From Octopus bimaculoides (Eukaryota), in contig NC_068983.1 in assembly GCF_001194135.2 (NCBI RefSeq), positions 154,908,693 through 154,972,692 on the forward strand: a DNA stretch of 64,000 bases, read 5' to 3'. Within the stretch, counting starts at the first letter, position 1. The number at the start of each line of letters is the position of its first letter. Below, piece by piece: positions 12,741-23,158 of this stretch. Both the position numbers and the translations under genes were made by a program. The notes under the pieces were generated by a model. It saw nothing but the letters and a program-made list of their open reading frames with translations. It ran no database searches and was not told where the DNA came from.

Positions 12741-12869
12741 AAAGTGTTTCTTAGTTAAGGAACAAGTCCACAAGTAGTTGGTTATATCAGTCCTAAGCAC
12801 TTTTCATTGTTGGGTGCCAAGCAGGGATCATGCTTGTGATCTTTTCAGGACGTCTGAGAATTTGAGAAC

Positions 12870-13150
12870 TTAATGTGTTAAACAGCTGCAAAAGTTTACA
12901 GTTGCAGGAAAAACATAAGTGAGAAGGAAATTCCAATGGGATGATGTTCTGGGGATAAGAATTGATTCAGTTCCAGGATTTTTATGGGATGAAGTGCAAA
13001 AGGAATAATCCTATCTCTCTGGATAAGACAGTCTTTTTCATAGCAGTGGGTAAACAGCTAATGTTTCCTAGATAAATAACCATATTCTCTATAGATAGGT
13101 AGGTTCATATTCGTGGCAGAATAGATAACCTAAAGTGTTCTTGTTGTGGA
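12870..13150 (-). pseudogene. Decayed CR1-clade LINE ORF2 C-terminus
   Basis: Minus strand reads SILIPRTSSHWNFLLTYVFPATVN, resembling the CR1 C-terminal SFFPRTSxLWNxLPxxVFP motif. Confidence 0.5.
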
Positions 13151-13400
13151 ATATAGTGAAAGAATTCTTGAAGCAAATTTGAATTTACAGACTATAGAGA
13201 AGCTTGTATGTCATTTGATGCCTTATCTACCTAATAATGTTGCTGCCTCTGCAGAAATGGTATTAAGCCTTTTGATACCAAACTGTTTGATACTACCTTT
13301 GGTTTTGATACAAACTTCTGGTTTTAAAGTGATGTGAATTAAAATATTGCATCAAAATTTCATGTTAATTTATGTTCCAAACACCGACATAATAATCTTT

Positions 13401-13587
13401 CCTAGTATAGGCACAAGGCCTGAAGTTTTGTGGGGAGGTGCTAGTTGATTATATTGACCCAAGTTCTCAGCTGGATATTTTATTGACCCTGAATGGATGG
13501 AAGACAAAGTTGACCTTCAAAGAATTTAAACTCAGAACGAAAAGACTGTCTGGCATCTTAATGATTCTGCTAACTTGCCACCTTCAC
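13401..13587 (-). mobile_element. SINE family B nested in MITE G
   Basis: Minus-strand GAAGGTGGCAAGTTAGCAGAATC head; TTCTGAGTTTAAATTC B-box. Confidence 0.7.
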
Positions 13588-13721
13588 CAGCTTAGCAATG
13601 ACAGTTGTTTTACTAAATTCCTTATTTTCAACATTAATTAAAACAAAGGACATGTATTTCAACAAAAATATGATACATTACTTACATTTGATGGATATTT
13701 GTCCTCATGTTGTTTGTTGTT

Positions 13722-13767
13722 AACACAACGTTTCGGCTGATATACCTTCCAGCCTTCATCAGTTGTC
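13722..13767 (-). ncRNA. Minimal type I hammerhead ribozyme motif (core intact)
   Basis: GACAA-CUGAUGA-A-GGCUG(gaagguauau)CAGCC-GAAAC-GUU-GUGUU. 5 bp stem II, palindromic ACGU stem III, GUU triplet. The stem I closing pair is mismatched in this copy. Confidence 0.7.
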
Positions 13768-13925
13768 TTGGGAAAATTTTGAACCTGGGTTCTCATTCCT
13801 AGTGCGGGCTACTAACCCCAAGATTTCAAGTTCGATTCCAGGCAGTGCCCCTGAATAATAATAATAAAAATAATAACATCAAAAAATACCTTAGGAATGA
13901 GAACCCAGGTTCGAATTTTCCCCAA

Positions 13926-13971
13926 GACACCTGATAAAGGCTGTAGGGTATATCAGCTGAAACATTGTATT
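13926..13971 (+). ncRNA. Degenerate hammerhead ribozyme copy
   Basis: GACAC-CUGAUAA-A-GGCUG(...)CAGCU-GAAAC-AUU-GUAUU. G8-to-A and stem III substitutions suggest it is inactive. Confidence 0.55.
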
Positions 13972-14990
13972 AAAAACAAACAAGATGAGGACAAATATCC
14001 GTCAATTGTAAATAATGTACATAATTCCTCATCTCTTAAATACAGAACAGAAATATGATATAAAGGAGGTTTATAATAGATACCCTGTTGGTTGACCTGC
14101 TAAAAATGACAAAATCTACCTCAAATCACAGCCCACGCAAACACATTGGATAATTGAGGTTGATTCATATACTGAAGAAAAAAGAAAAAAAATACAAGAT
14201 GGGCTGGTTATAGCTGCAATGCGTTTGTTTATTAGCCTGGTTGATTAGGACTAACCTAAGACAAAACAACAATAACATTTAAAAGATTGGCACTCTTTTA
14301 TCTAACAAGCTGGCTATCTTCCATATCTCTTTTTTGTGCATAAATGAATATAAATTCTTGTATTGAAGTGAACATCATTCTTTGCTACCTGTTCATTATG
14401 CATGATAAATAGATACATGATGGACTGCAGATGGTTGACACCTCTCATTTGCAATGTTTTGATATTCTGACAATTAGAAAACTAAGATCATAATCATTTT
14501 TTTTTTTTTCACACCATGTGGAACAGGTAAGGCTGTGTGGTTTAAAAAGTTCAGTTTGCAACCGTGTGGTTCCAGTTTCATTTCTAATGCATGGCACATT
14601 GGGCGAGTGTCTTCGACTATACACCCAAATGGACCAATTATGAATGAATTCGGGAAACCAAAACTGTGTGTAAGCCTATCAGTTATATATTACGGTAATG
14701 TCTTGAAACTGAGAAAGACAGTTCTACCTTTTGTTGTTGAATAACCTGCAGATATGATTCGTTTATAATGATCAGATGTTTGTACTGCACATGAGCTCAT
14801 TCCCTCCAAATTGGCATTGCCTGTACAGGTGCATGGGGAGCCACATTTGAGACAATGAATTGGTTGCAGAGAAATATGAACTGAAATTTTTTTTGCTCAA
14901 CAACATGATGCACTGACCAGTGTGGGTATCAAATCCATGATTGCATAATCATGTGTACAGCACCTTAACTGCCAGGCCACATGCCTTAGG

Positions 14991-15028
<38 letters not shown>

Positions 15029-15039
15029 TTATATATATA

Positions 15040-15220
15040 GGTGCAGGAGTGGCTGTGTGGTAAGAAGCTTGCTTCTCAATCACATGGTTCCAGGTTCAGT
15101 CCTACTGCATGGTACCCTGGGCAAGTGACTTCTACTATAGCCTTGGGCTGAGCAAAGCCTTGTGAGTGGATATGGTAGACAGAAACTGAAAGAAGCTTGT
15201 TGTATATATATGTATATATA
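15040..15220 (+). mobile_element. SINE family C, 5' half (ends in microsatellite and gap)
   Basis: GGTGCAGGAGTGGCTGTGTGGTAAG head, GGTTCAGTCC B-box, CORE-like CCTGGGCAAGTGACTTCTACTATAGCC. Confidence 0.85.
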
Positions 15221-15526
15221 NNNNNNNNNNNNNNNNNNNNNNNNNNNNNNNNNNNNNNNNNNNNNNNNNNNNNNNNNNNNNNNNNNNNNNNNNNNNNNNN
15301 NNNNNNNNNNNNNNNNNNNNNNNNNNNNNNNNNNNNNNNNNNNNNNNNNNNNNNNNNNNNNNNNNNNNNNNNNNNNNNNNNNNNNNNNNNNNNNNNNNNN
15401 NNNNNNNNNNNNNNNNNNNNNNNNNNNNNNNNNNNNNNNNNNNNNNNNNNNNNNNNNNNNNNNNNNNNNNNNNNNNNNNNNNNNNNNNNNNNNNNNNNNN
15501 NATATATATATATATATATATACACA

Positions 15527-16140
15527 CAGTAATGCCTTGATGATATGAGTCAATTTGTTCCCGGAGATCGTTTGTAAAGTGAAAACTTGTGAAGCAGAGC
15601 AATAATTTCCCGTAGTAGCAATGTCATAAATTGTAATTTGTTTCCAGAAAAATATTTAACCTATAAAATTTATAATACTCGTAAATAAATGGCAATAAAA
15701 CAACAGTAGAATGTAAAGAATATTTTATGTAAAGTAAAAAGAATATTAAGATCATTTATAATAAAATATATTATTATAATCGATTTCTGAATCACTTACA
15801 CTTGCACTAGACTTGCACACACCATCACTTGTAGACACGATTGCCGATTCACAAACACTCATAGACGGACTTGTAGATTTCTTTTTAAAAGTCAAGTGTA
15901 GAGTTTTTTTTACTTAGAAGAAGCATTTTTTTCACTCTCTATAAAATTCTTGGTAGTACGCAGAAGCTTTTGTTATGGTAGAAGAAACTTTTGCACTTCG
16001 TTCCAGATTTGGATCTTGTGCTTGAAAAATTTCCAAGGCTTTATCCAAATGTTGAAATGCTTCTACAAGTTCTTTCAACATGAATGCATTACCTGGCGTT
16101 TCATTGAGTATCCTTTTCTTATTCTTTTGTTACCTGCATT
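15527..16140 (-). mobile_element. Tigger/pogo DNA transposon 3' remnant
   Basis: TIR-like CAGTAATGCCTTGATGATATGAGTCAATTTGTTCC at 15527, plus the transposase remnant listed next. Confidence 0.7.
15885..16102 (-). pseudogene. Tigger-type transposase C-terminal fragment
   Basis: ETPGNAFMLKELVEAFQHLDKALEIFQAQDPNLERSAKVSSTITKASAYYQEFYRE*KK resembles the Tigger C-terminus (F..QDPNVER..KV......Y..IY.EKK). Confidence 0.8.
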
Positions 16141-16588
16141 GCTATATGCAGCTGTGTAGAACCACTGTTGCCACACACACACAAAATGGCCGTTTAACCT
16201 TTTTATATTTATTATAAAATAAAACTCGTATACCTGGGGTCACTAAACTTTTTTTTTTTCCTTGATAGCCATTTGACCAATTGACCATAGTGCTTCCCCA
16301 CTTCCTCAAGGTGAAGAGTTAAGTTTATCTTTGTGTAGATTCTGATGAGCTGTCCACAAGGTTGTGGCTTTCGAAGATTTGAAGCCATTGGTCACTTTAT
16401 GACCAAACTTTAACTTTAGTGATTTAATACTAATTTACTGCTCTATTCTTTAGAGCAGTGTTTCTCAACCATTTTGCCCTTGCGTAATCCTTAAAATAAA
16501 TTGCATGTCTCAAGGAACCCCTGCACGAAAAAAATTATATACCATATCTTTCTCATATTTTTTTCATCATAGTTCATGTGGTAAATAT

Positions 16589-16619
<31 letters not shown>

Positions 16620-17440
16620 ATACATGTGTGCTTTTGTATTGTTTGTCCCACCCACATGCTGCTTGATAACTGATGTTGATTTGTTTATGCCCCCATAAGC
16701 TAATGGTTCAGCGAAAAGAGATTACTAGAATAAATACTAGGCATAAAATAAGTACTGCTAGCGATTTGTTAGGCTAAATCCTTCAAGGTGGTACCGCAGC
16801 ATAGCTGCAGTCCAATAACTGAAACAAGTAAAAGAGTGAAAGAGCTAGTCTTCAATTAAAAGAAATCACTGGATGGGAATTAATTGATGCTAATGCCAAG
16901 AATGGAGCATTACTTGATGGTATCACAAAAACCCAGTACTTGATGGTGTCACAGGATTAATGAAATGTCTGTGTGGGTGATAGATGCAAATGGTTAAAAA
17001 AATTAATTCCATGCAGGTGCTGTGTGGTAAGTTATGTAATAGGTACACACATGCATGCACACACACACACACATATTATTTACTCATCTGAATCTCTGAG
17101 AGTAGCTGCTGCCTTTGAGTTTCTCACTCCCAGTCAGATAACATCCGAGCAGTAACTCACAAAGTGTTAACGTTGATTAAATTCTGTAATCCTGCTTCAC
17201 TTAAACAGTATTGAGTACACTTTTGGTTTTATATTTCAAACTGAAATCTAATGGATTGATGCCAGCATCAATCTGTTATCTATCTATCTATCTGTCTTTC
17301 TGTCTACCTATATCTAACTATCTCTCTACATGTATATAACTAGGATGTTAGAACACCTACATTGCTAGAAATAAGAGCTAAAATGCTTTAATGCTGTAGT
17401 TAAAACACATAATTGTATACAAAAGCACTAAATTATACCC

Positions 17441-17599
17441 AGTGGTTGGTGTTAGGAAGGGCATCCAGCTGTAGAAACTCTGCCAAATCAGATTGGAGCC
17501 TGGCGTCGCCTCCTGGTCCACCAATCCTCAGTCAAATCGTCCAACCCATGCTAGCATGGAAAGCGGACATTAAATGATGATGGTGATGATGATGATGAT
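17441..17599 (+). mobile_element. RTE-tail-type short repeat (family D) with (GAT)n tail
   Basis: GTTAGGAAGGGCATCCAGCTGTAGAAACTCTGCC...GCATGGAAAGCGGAC.TTAAA.GATGATG; copies at 35534 and 60409. Confidence 0.8.
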
Positions 17600-17606
17600 A
17601 TATAAC

Positions 17607-17810
17607 TGGCACTGTTGGTTATGATGACGAGGGTTCCAGTTGATCCAATCAACGGAACAGCCAGCTTGTGAAATTAATGTGCTAGTGGCTGAGCACTCCA
17701 CAGAGAGGTGTACTCTTAATGTAGTTCTCAGGGAGATTCAGCATGACAGAGAGTGTGATAAGGCTGGCTCTTTGAAATACAGGCGCCACTCATTTTTGCC
17801 AGCTGAGTGA
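17607..17810 (-). mobile_element. SINE sharing the family A 3' tail, diverged
   Basis: GAGGGTTCCAGTTGATCC.ATCAACGGAACAGCC...GTAGTTCTC shared with 4672-4860. Confidence 0.7.
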
Positions 17811-17919
17811 ACATCAAAAAATGCTATGAAAATGACCGTTAAACAAAGGGAAATTACTGTGATTGACCGTTATTAAGACAAAAGAGCTATTAGAATTACT
17901 GCTAAATGAGGGGAGGAAG

Positions 17920-18830
17920 TAAAAGGTAAAGGAGTAAAAATGTTCATAGCAATTGCATAAGCGTGCATGTCCATACATACAGATACGTGCCCGCACACCC
18001 ACGTACATGTGTCTATATGCATACACTTGTCCACACTCACTTGAAACACACATATGCACATCCACACATTCGCCAAAAAATATATATATACATACATACC
18101 TGCACACACGTGCACAAAAAATGTTCATATACACGTCTATACATGCACAAGAAAAAACAGGGTGAAAAGCAAAATACAGAAAAATGTGTAAAAAATAAAG
18201 CAACAAGAATATAATAAGTAAAGGAGTAAAAATGCTCATAGCAAACGCGTATGCGTGCATGTCCATACATACACAAGGGTGCACACACACCCACGTACAT
18301 GTGCCTATGTACATATGCTCATCCACGCTCGCTTGAAACAGACATGTGCACCCCACATGTCAAAAGATATACATACCTGCACACGCTCACATGCGCGCCC
18401 AAAAGAGGTTCATATACACATCTATATACGCACATGCACTGGAAAAAAACAGGGTGAAAGGTAAAAAACGAGAAAAAATGTGTAAAGATATATAAAACAA
18501 TAAAAATATAAAAAGTAAAGGCGTAAAAATGCTCAAAGCAATCGTGTATGCGCGCACGTCCATACATACATGTGCACCCACACATATGCCAAAAAAAATA
18601 TATAATGTATATACATATCCACGCACACAAACACATGCTCAAAAAAAAAAATTTCGTATATACGTCTATATACGCACATGTGCAAGAAAAAATGCAAGGT
18701 GGAAGATAAAATACAGAAAAAAATGTGTAAAAAATATATGAGCAATAAAAACATATATAAAAATATATCTCTATAAATATGTAAAAATATATAAGAAATA
18801 TAAATAAAAAGTAGAGAGATAAAAAGTTTG
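17920..18830. repeat. Diverged tandem array, three units of ~292-297 bp
   Basis: Anchor GTAAAGG(A/C)GTAAAAATG at 17926, 18218 and 18515, with a partial fourth at ~18811. Each unit carries GTCCATACATAC and CTATA..C.CATG..C..GAAAAAA. Confidence 0.85.
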
Positions 18831-18839
18831 TACGTGGAC

Positions 18840-18985
18840 ACAACATAAAAAGCAAGTTCTATCTGCGATCATAACCTCACCTAAACGCATGGTATTTTAA
18901 GGTGGTCGGTGCCACCTTGCACCAGAGGCTGTGCGCATGTCGGATCCATCTAACACAGATAGAACTTGCCTTTTATATTTGTTGT
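18840..18985. repeat. ~25 bp inverted repeat enclosing a GC-rich hairpin
   Basis: ACAACATAAAAAGCAAGTTCTATCTG (18840-18865) vs CAGATAGAACTTGCCTTTTATATTTGTTGT (18956-18985). Internal stem AAGGTGG-tcggtg-CCACCTT (18899-18918). Confidence 0.8.
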
Positions 18986-19449
18986 CTTACCATTACTATA
19001 AAATAAAAAAATAAAATATATATATATATACACATACATACATACATACATACATACATACATACATAAAAGTGTGTGTCTTTTTGTATTTTCCCCTCCA
19101 CCATTCTACAACCAGTGTTGGTTTGTTAGTGTCCTTTTAACCTAGCAGTTTGGCAAAAGTTCCAGATTTTAAACAAAATAAGTATTGGGGCTAGTCAATT
19201 CTAGTTTCCAGTGCCCCAGTTAGGCCGCAGTCCAATGACTGACACAAGTAAAAGATAAAAGATCGACACACAGACGCCTCTGTACATGCACGTAGACATA
19301 GACATGACAGATAAACAAGCAGACACCTTGTCAGACTTAGACGGTGATGTAGGATATTTATATAAACATCTCAGTGTTGTGCACTGTCTGCACTGTTGCC
19401 CCTGCATGAATGACATTCCTACAGTTTCAAGAGAGGGGGCTAGAAAAAA

Positions 19450-19485
<36 letters not shown>

Positions 19486-19944
19486 GTATCATGCCATGTA
19501 CATGCAATAAGACACGTTGACAGAAAGGACAGCTAGTGAAATCACTTCATAAATCTAGTATCAAATGCTACGTGCTGCAGCTGGCGTAGACACTGCAGAG
19601 TACCTGGTGCAATGCACTCACATTGACCTGGGACAGCTCATCGCATTATTTGGCTTTCTCACCATTGAAGTTTCTTTCAGAAAGTAAATAAAGATAATAG
19701 ATAAGACTGGTTGTTGTTGTTGGTGGTGGCGGCGGCGGCGGCAGTGGTGGTGGTGGTGGTGGTGGTGGTACAGGTTGTGTTTGCTGTGATAGTACTGCGA
19801 TTTGGAGTTTGGTAGTTGTGTTTGTCATTAATAATGGTTGTTGTGAGATTGTTGTTGTAGTGGATTTTGGTGTAGTGGTTGTGAAGTTTGTTTCAGTAAC
19901 AGTTGTGGTTATATTAATTATATTTTAATTATAATTAATAGTAC

Positions 19945-20158
19945 GGTGGTGAGCTGGCAGAATCGTAAGCATGCTGGATAAAATGCTCAGTCGTATTTCA
20001 TCTGTTCTCACTTTCTGAGTTCAAATTCTGCGGAGATCAACTTTACCTTTAATCCTTTTGGAGTTGATAAAATGAGAAGTGGTTGAATACTTGGGGTTGA
20101 TGCAATTAACTTGCTCACTACCCTGAAGTTGCTGGCATTGTGCTAAAATTTGAAACCA
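19945..20158 (+). mobile_element. SINE family B
   Basis: GGTGGTGAGCTGGCAGAATCG head; TTCTGAGTTCAAATTC. Confidence 0.8.
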
Positions 20159-20312
20159 AAATCAATTAATAACGAATCTCCTGATTGTAATTTTACTCTT
20201 GTGAATAGTGGGATACTGTTTGCTTTGTAATTAGATTTCTCACATAGTTAGGTACTTCATGTTGTTCTGTTAATTCTATTATTCCAATCCCTATTTAATA
20301 TTAATTCTTTCT

Positions 20313-20530
20313 AAAGTGACGAGCTGGCAGAAATGTTAGCATGCCAGGTGGAATGCTTAGCGATAGTTCATCGGTCTTTATACTCCGAGTTCAAATTCCA
20401 CCAAGGTCTACTTTGCTTTTCATCCTTTCGGGGTCGATAAATTAAGTACCAGTTGTGCACTGGGGTCAATCTAATCAACTGGCCCCCTTCCCCTAAAAAA
20501 ATTTGGGGCCTTATGCCTAGACTAGAAAAG
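20313..20530 (+). mobile_element. SINE family B
   Basis: AAAGTGACGAGCTGGCAGAAATG head; complete 3' end CCTAGACTAGAAAAG. Confidence 0.85.
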
Positions 20531-20542
20531 AATATCCGTTTT

Positions 20543-20752
20543 AAGGTAGCGAGCTGGCAGAATTGTTGGCATGTTGGGCAAAATGCTTTGCAGCATGTTG
20601 TCCCTCTTTATATTCTAGGCTCAAATTCCGCTGAAGTTGACCTTGCCTGTCATCCTTTTGGGAACAACAACAATACCAGGTGAGCCCTGGGATTGATATA
20701 ATTGACTTATTCCCTCCTCCAAACTTGCTGACCGTGAGCCAAAATTTGAAAC
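20543..20752 (+). mobile_element. SINE family B
   Basis: AAGGTAGCGAGCTGGCAGAA head immediately after the previous copy. Confidence 0.8.
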
Positions 20753-20789
20753 CATCATTAATTCTTCCTAATTTTACCTCAGTCAGCAA

Positions 20790-20977
20790 TTTTTAGAAGA
20801 GGGCTAAGTTGATTAAATTGCCCCCAGTAATTACTTGGTTCGTTATTTTATCAACCCCAAAAAGAATGAAAGTCGTAGTTGTTTCTAGTAGGATTTGATC
20901 TCAGAACATATGGAGCCTCAAGAAATGCTGCTAAGAATTTTTCCAGAGGCACTAATGCTTCTCCCAGCTCTCTGCCT
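20790..20977 (-). mobile_element. SINE family B, diverged
   Basis: Minus-strand GAAGGCAGAGAGCTGGGAGAAGC head. Confidence 0.65.
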
Positions 20978-21004
20978 TCCAGATTGACATTGGTTTCAAT
21001 CTTT

Positions 21005-21205
21005 GGCACAAGACCAGCTATTTTGGGGGAGGGGGTATGTCAATTACATCAACCCCAGTGCATAACAGGTACTTATTTTATCAACCCCGAAAGAATGAAA
21101 GGCAAAGTTGACTACGACGGTATTTGAACTCAGAATGTAAAGACAGATGAAATGCCGCTAAGCATGTCACCTGGCGTGGCAATAATACTGTCAGCTTGCC
21201 GCCTT
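21005..21205 (-). mobile_element. SINE family B
   Basis: Minus-strand AAGGCGGCAAGCTGACAG head; TTCTGAGTTCAAATACC. Confidence 0.8.
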
Positions 21206-21479
21206 CTTCCAAAATAATGTTAATAACAATCAATGACCTGTTGGTTTTCATAATAGGTGTGTTGGCTGAGAAAATGGTCGACTCTGTAGTCACGTCTTCA
21301 CTTTTGAGCTTATTTCTCGCTTGAGTCTACTTTGACTTCGGCTCAATGAAATAAAGCCCAGTTCAATTCTGAGTAGGGGAAGAGAAGGGTAGGTGTTTGG
21401 CTTGCATCTCTATGCCTGTGTTAGAAATGATCAAACTTACCAAGATCCCCAAGGTATGGACTGATATATAAGATGATAG

Positions 21480-22111
21480 GGATCTATTTTAAAACGGGGG
21501 CGCCAGTTTTCATTCATGTTTTATGTAGTGTTTTTGGTACGGAAAGACTTTCAAACTTCGTATACTTATCTATTTTGTGTTATAGAACAGAAAAATATTT
21601 TTGTATTCGAATTTATTTCATGTAAAAAATTGTCTTATTTCGATAATTTCTACTAATCACTGACGTCTATTCAGTTGAAAACAGTTAGCGCTGTAACGGT
21701 GTATATCGTATTAATCCCCTAACCCTAACCCTAACTAGACTGTCAACTCTAACCCTAACCCTAACTCTAGAATCCGAACTCTAAAATTGTTACATACATA
21801 GATACGCACAGCGTAATTTATTATATAAACAATATATGCGTATAAATTATGATTAAACCGGATGAAATATGTCACAGGGAATAACATTTTTATGACCGCC
21901 CAGCAGTAACTCTATTCAGCTGAATAGACGTCAGGGATTGGTTGAAATTACAGAAATACGACAACTTTAACATGGAATAACTTGTGAATTCCTTTTTTTT
22001 GTTAATAAGACTAAGAGTAAAAAATGTTTTATATGACACATTCTACCAGTATCCCAAGTTTCAAAGTGTTTCGTTAAGAAAATACTGGCGCCCCCGTTTT
22101 AAAATAGATCC
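21480..22111. mobile_element. MITE with 28 bp perfect TIRs starting GG and an 8 bp TSD (Merlin-like)
   Basis: TIR GGATCTATTTTAAAACGGGGGCGCCAGT at both ends. TSD GATGATAG at 21472-21479 and 22112-22119. Subterminal inverted repeat around GACGTCTATTCAG.TGAA. Partial copy at 56539. Confidence 0.85.
21717..21766 (-). repeat. Interstitial telomere-type repeat (CCCTAA)n inside the MITE
   Basis: CCCTAA x3, a spacer, then CTAA-CCCTAA x2. Confidence 0.8.
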
Positions 22112-22408
22112 GATGATAGTGATGATGATGGTTGGTATTTACTAGCAAGTTCTTCAGGCCCCTCATCACTACTTCACGTTGCAGTCCCATTGACTGTGTG
22201 TTTAGAGTAGGGATTTACACATGTTTATTTATCTATTCTCCATTTAAAAAAAAAAAATCATGTATGATATATAAGAAGAGACCCATGGAAAGGAAAGACC
22301 AAAGAAAACCCAGGAAGAAGTGGTGGAGAAATTCTGTGCAAACCATATACATGCATGTTGAGAAAACAAAACTTTGATGATTGTGTGTGTATGTGTTTGT
22401 ATATATGT

Positions 22409-22776
22409 GTAGGAGTGGCTTGCTTACCAACCACATGGTTCTGGGTTCAGTCCCACTGCGTGGCACCTTGGGCAAGTGTCTTCTACTATAGCCTCGGGCC
22501 GACCAAAGCCTTGTGAGTGGATTTGGTAGGCGGAAACTGAAAGAAGCCCATCGTATATATGTATATATATATGTTTGTGTATCTGTGTTTGTCCCCTCAC
22601 CATCGCTTGGCAACCAATGTTGGTGTGTTTACGTCCCCGTAACTTAGCGGTTTGGCAAAAAGAGACCGATAGAATAAGTACTAGGCTTACAAAGAATAAA
22701 TCCTGGGGTCGATTTCCTCGACTAAAGACGGTGCTCCAGCATGGCCGCAGTCAAATGACTGAAACAAGTAAAAGAG
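22409..22776 (+). mobile_element. SINE family C, nearly full length
   Basis: Head, CORE-like GGCACCTTGGGCAAGTGTCTTCTACTATAGCC, internal (TA/TG)n, tail GACTGAAACAAGTAAAAGAG. Confidence 0.9.
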
Positions 22777-22977
22777 TATATATAAAATGAAAGAAATATG
22801 TGCTTGATGTTATATTTAAGTATATTTTCTGTAATTTGTGTGTGCATGTGTTCATGTGTAGTTCTTTCATGTCTGCCTTCTTCCCGCACAAACAACGACT
22901 CCTTACTTCAAATGAGATAAGAAGACAACAATGCCCAATGGCTAGAAACTGAACAAGTTTAGTGTATGTATGTATTT

Positions 22978-23021
<44 letters not shown>

Positions 23022-23127
23022 CATCATTTTGCTCACTCACCTGTCAAATACAGAATCTGAGATGAAGTGTAGTGGTAGTGATTGGTAGTTGTGAAGGTAC
23101 TGCTAGTGAAGAGTATGAAATAAGTCA

Positions 23128-23158
<31 letters not shown>

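Larger units (their letters stand above)
13676..14045 (+). mobile_element. tRNA-headed, hammerhead-bearing retroelement with inverted 5' duplication (Penelope-like architecture)
   Basis: Inverted arms 13676-13801 and 13892-14017 (~85-90% by eye). Middle has a tRNA-like anticodon arm GGG-CTACTAA-CCC (13806-13818), T-loop GTTCGATTC and an (AAT)n linker. TSD AACA(A/G)AAATATGATA at 13661-13675 and 14046-14060. Confidence 0.8.
13263..14072. mobile_element. piggyBac-like (TTAA-flanked) MITE family G, interrupted by a B SINE and the hammerhead element
   Basis: Starts TTAAGCCTTTTGATACCAA. Body resumes at ~13590 and again after 14045. Related copies at 32560-32790 and 53745-54367. Confidence 0.6.

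Noticed and set aside
16342-16376. CTGATGAG followed by a CCACAA/TTGTGG hairpin
   Set aside because: Followed by GAAG rather than GAAA, with no stem I or III; chance match.
17920-18830. Tandem array as a CRISPR-like locus
   Set aside because: Whole units are homologous, there are no unique spacers, the context is eukaryotic and there are no cas genes.
21717-21766. Telomere or chromosome-fusion scar
   Set aside because: Only about six units, located inside a TIR/TSD-bounded MITE.
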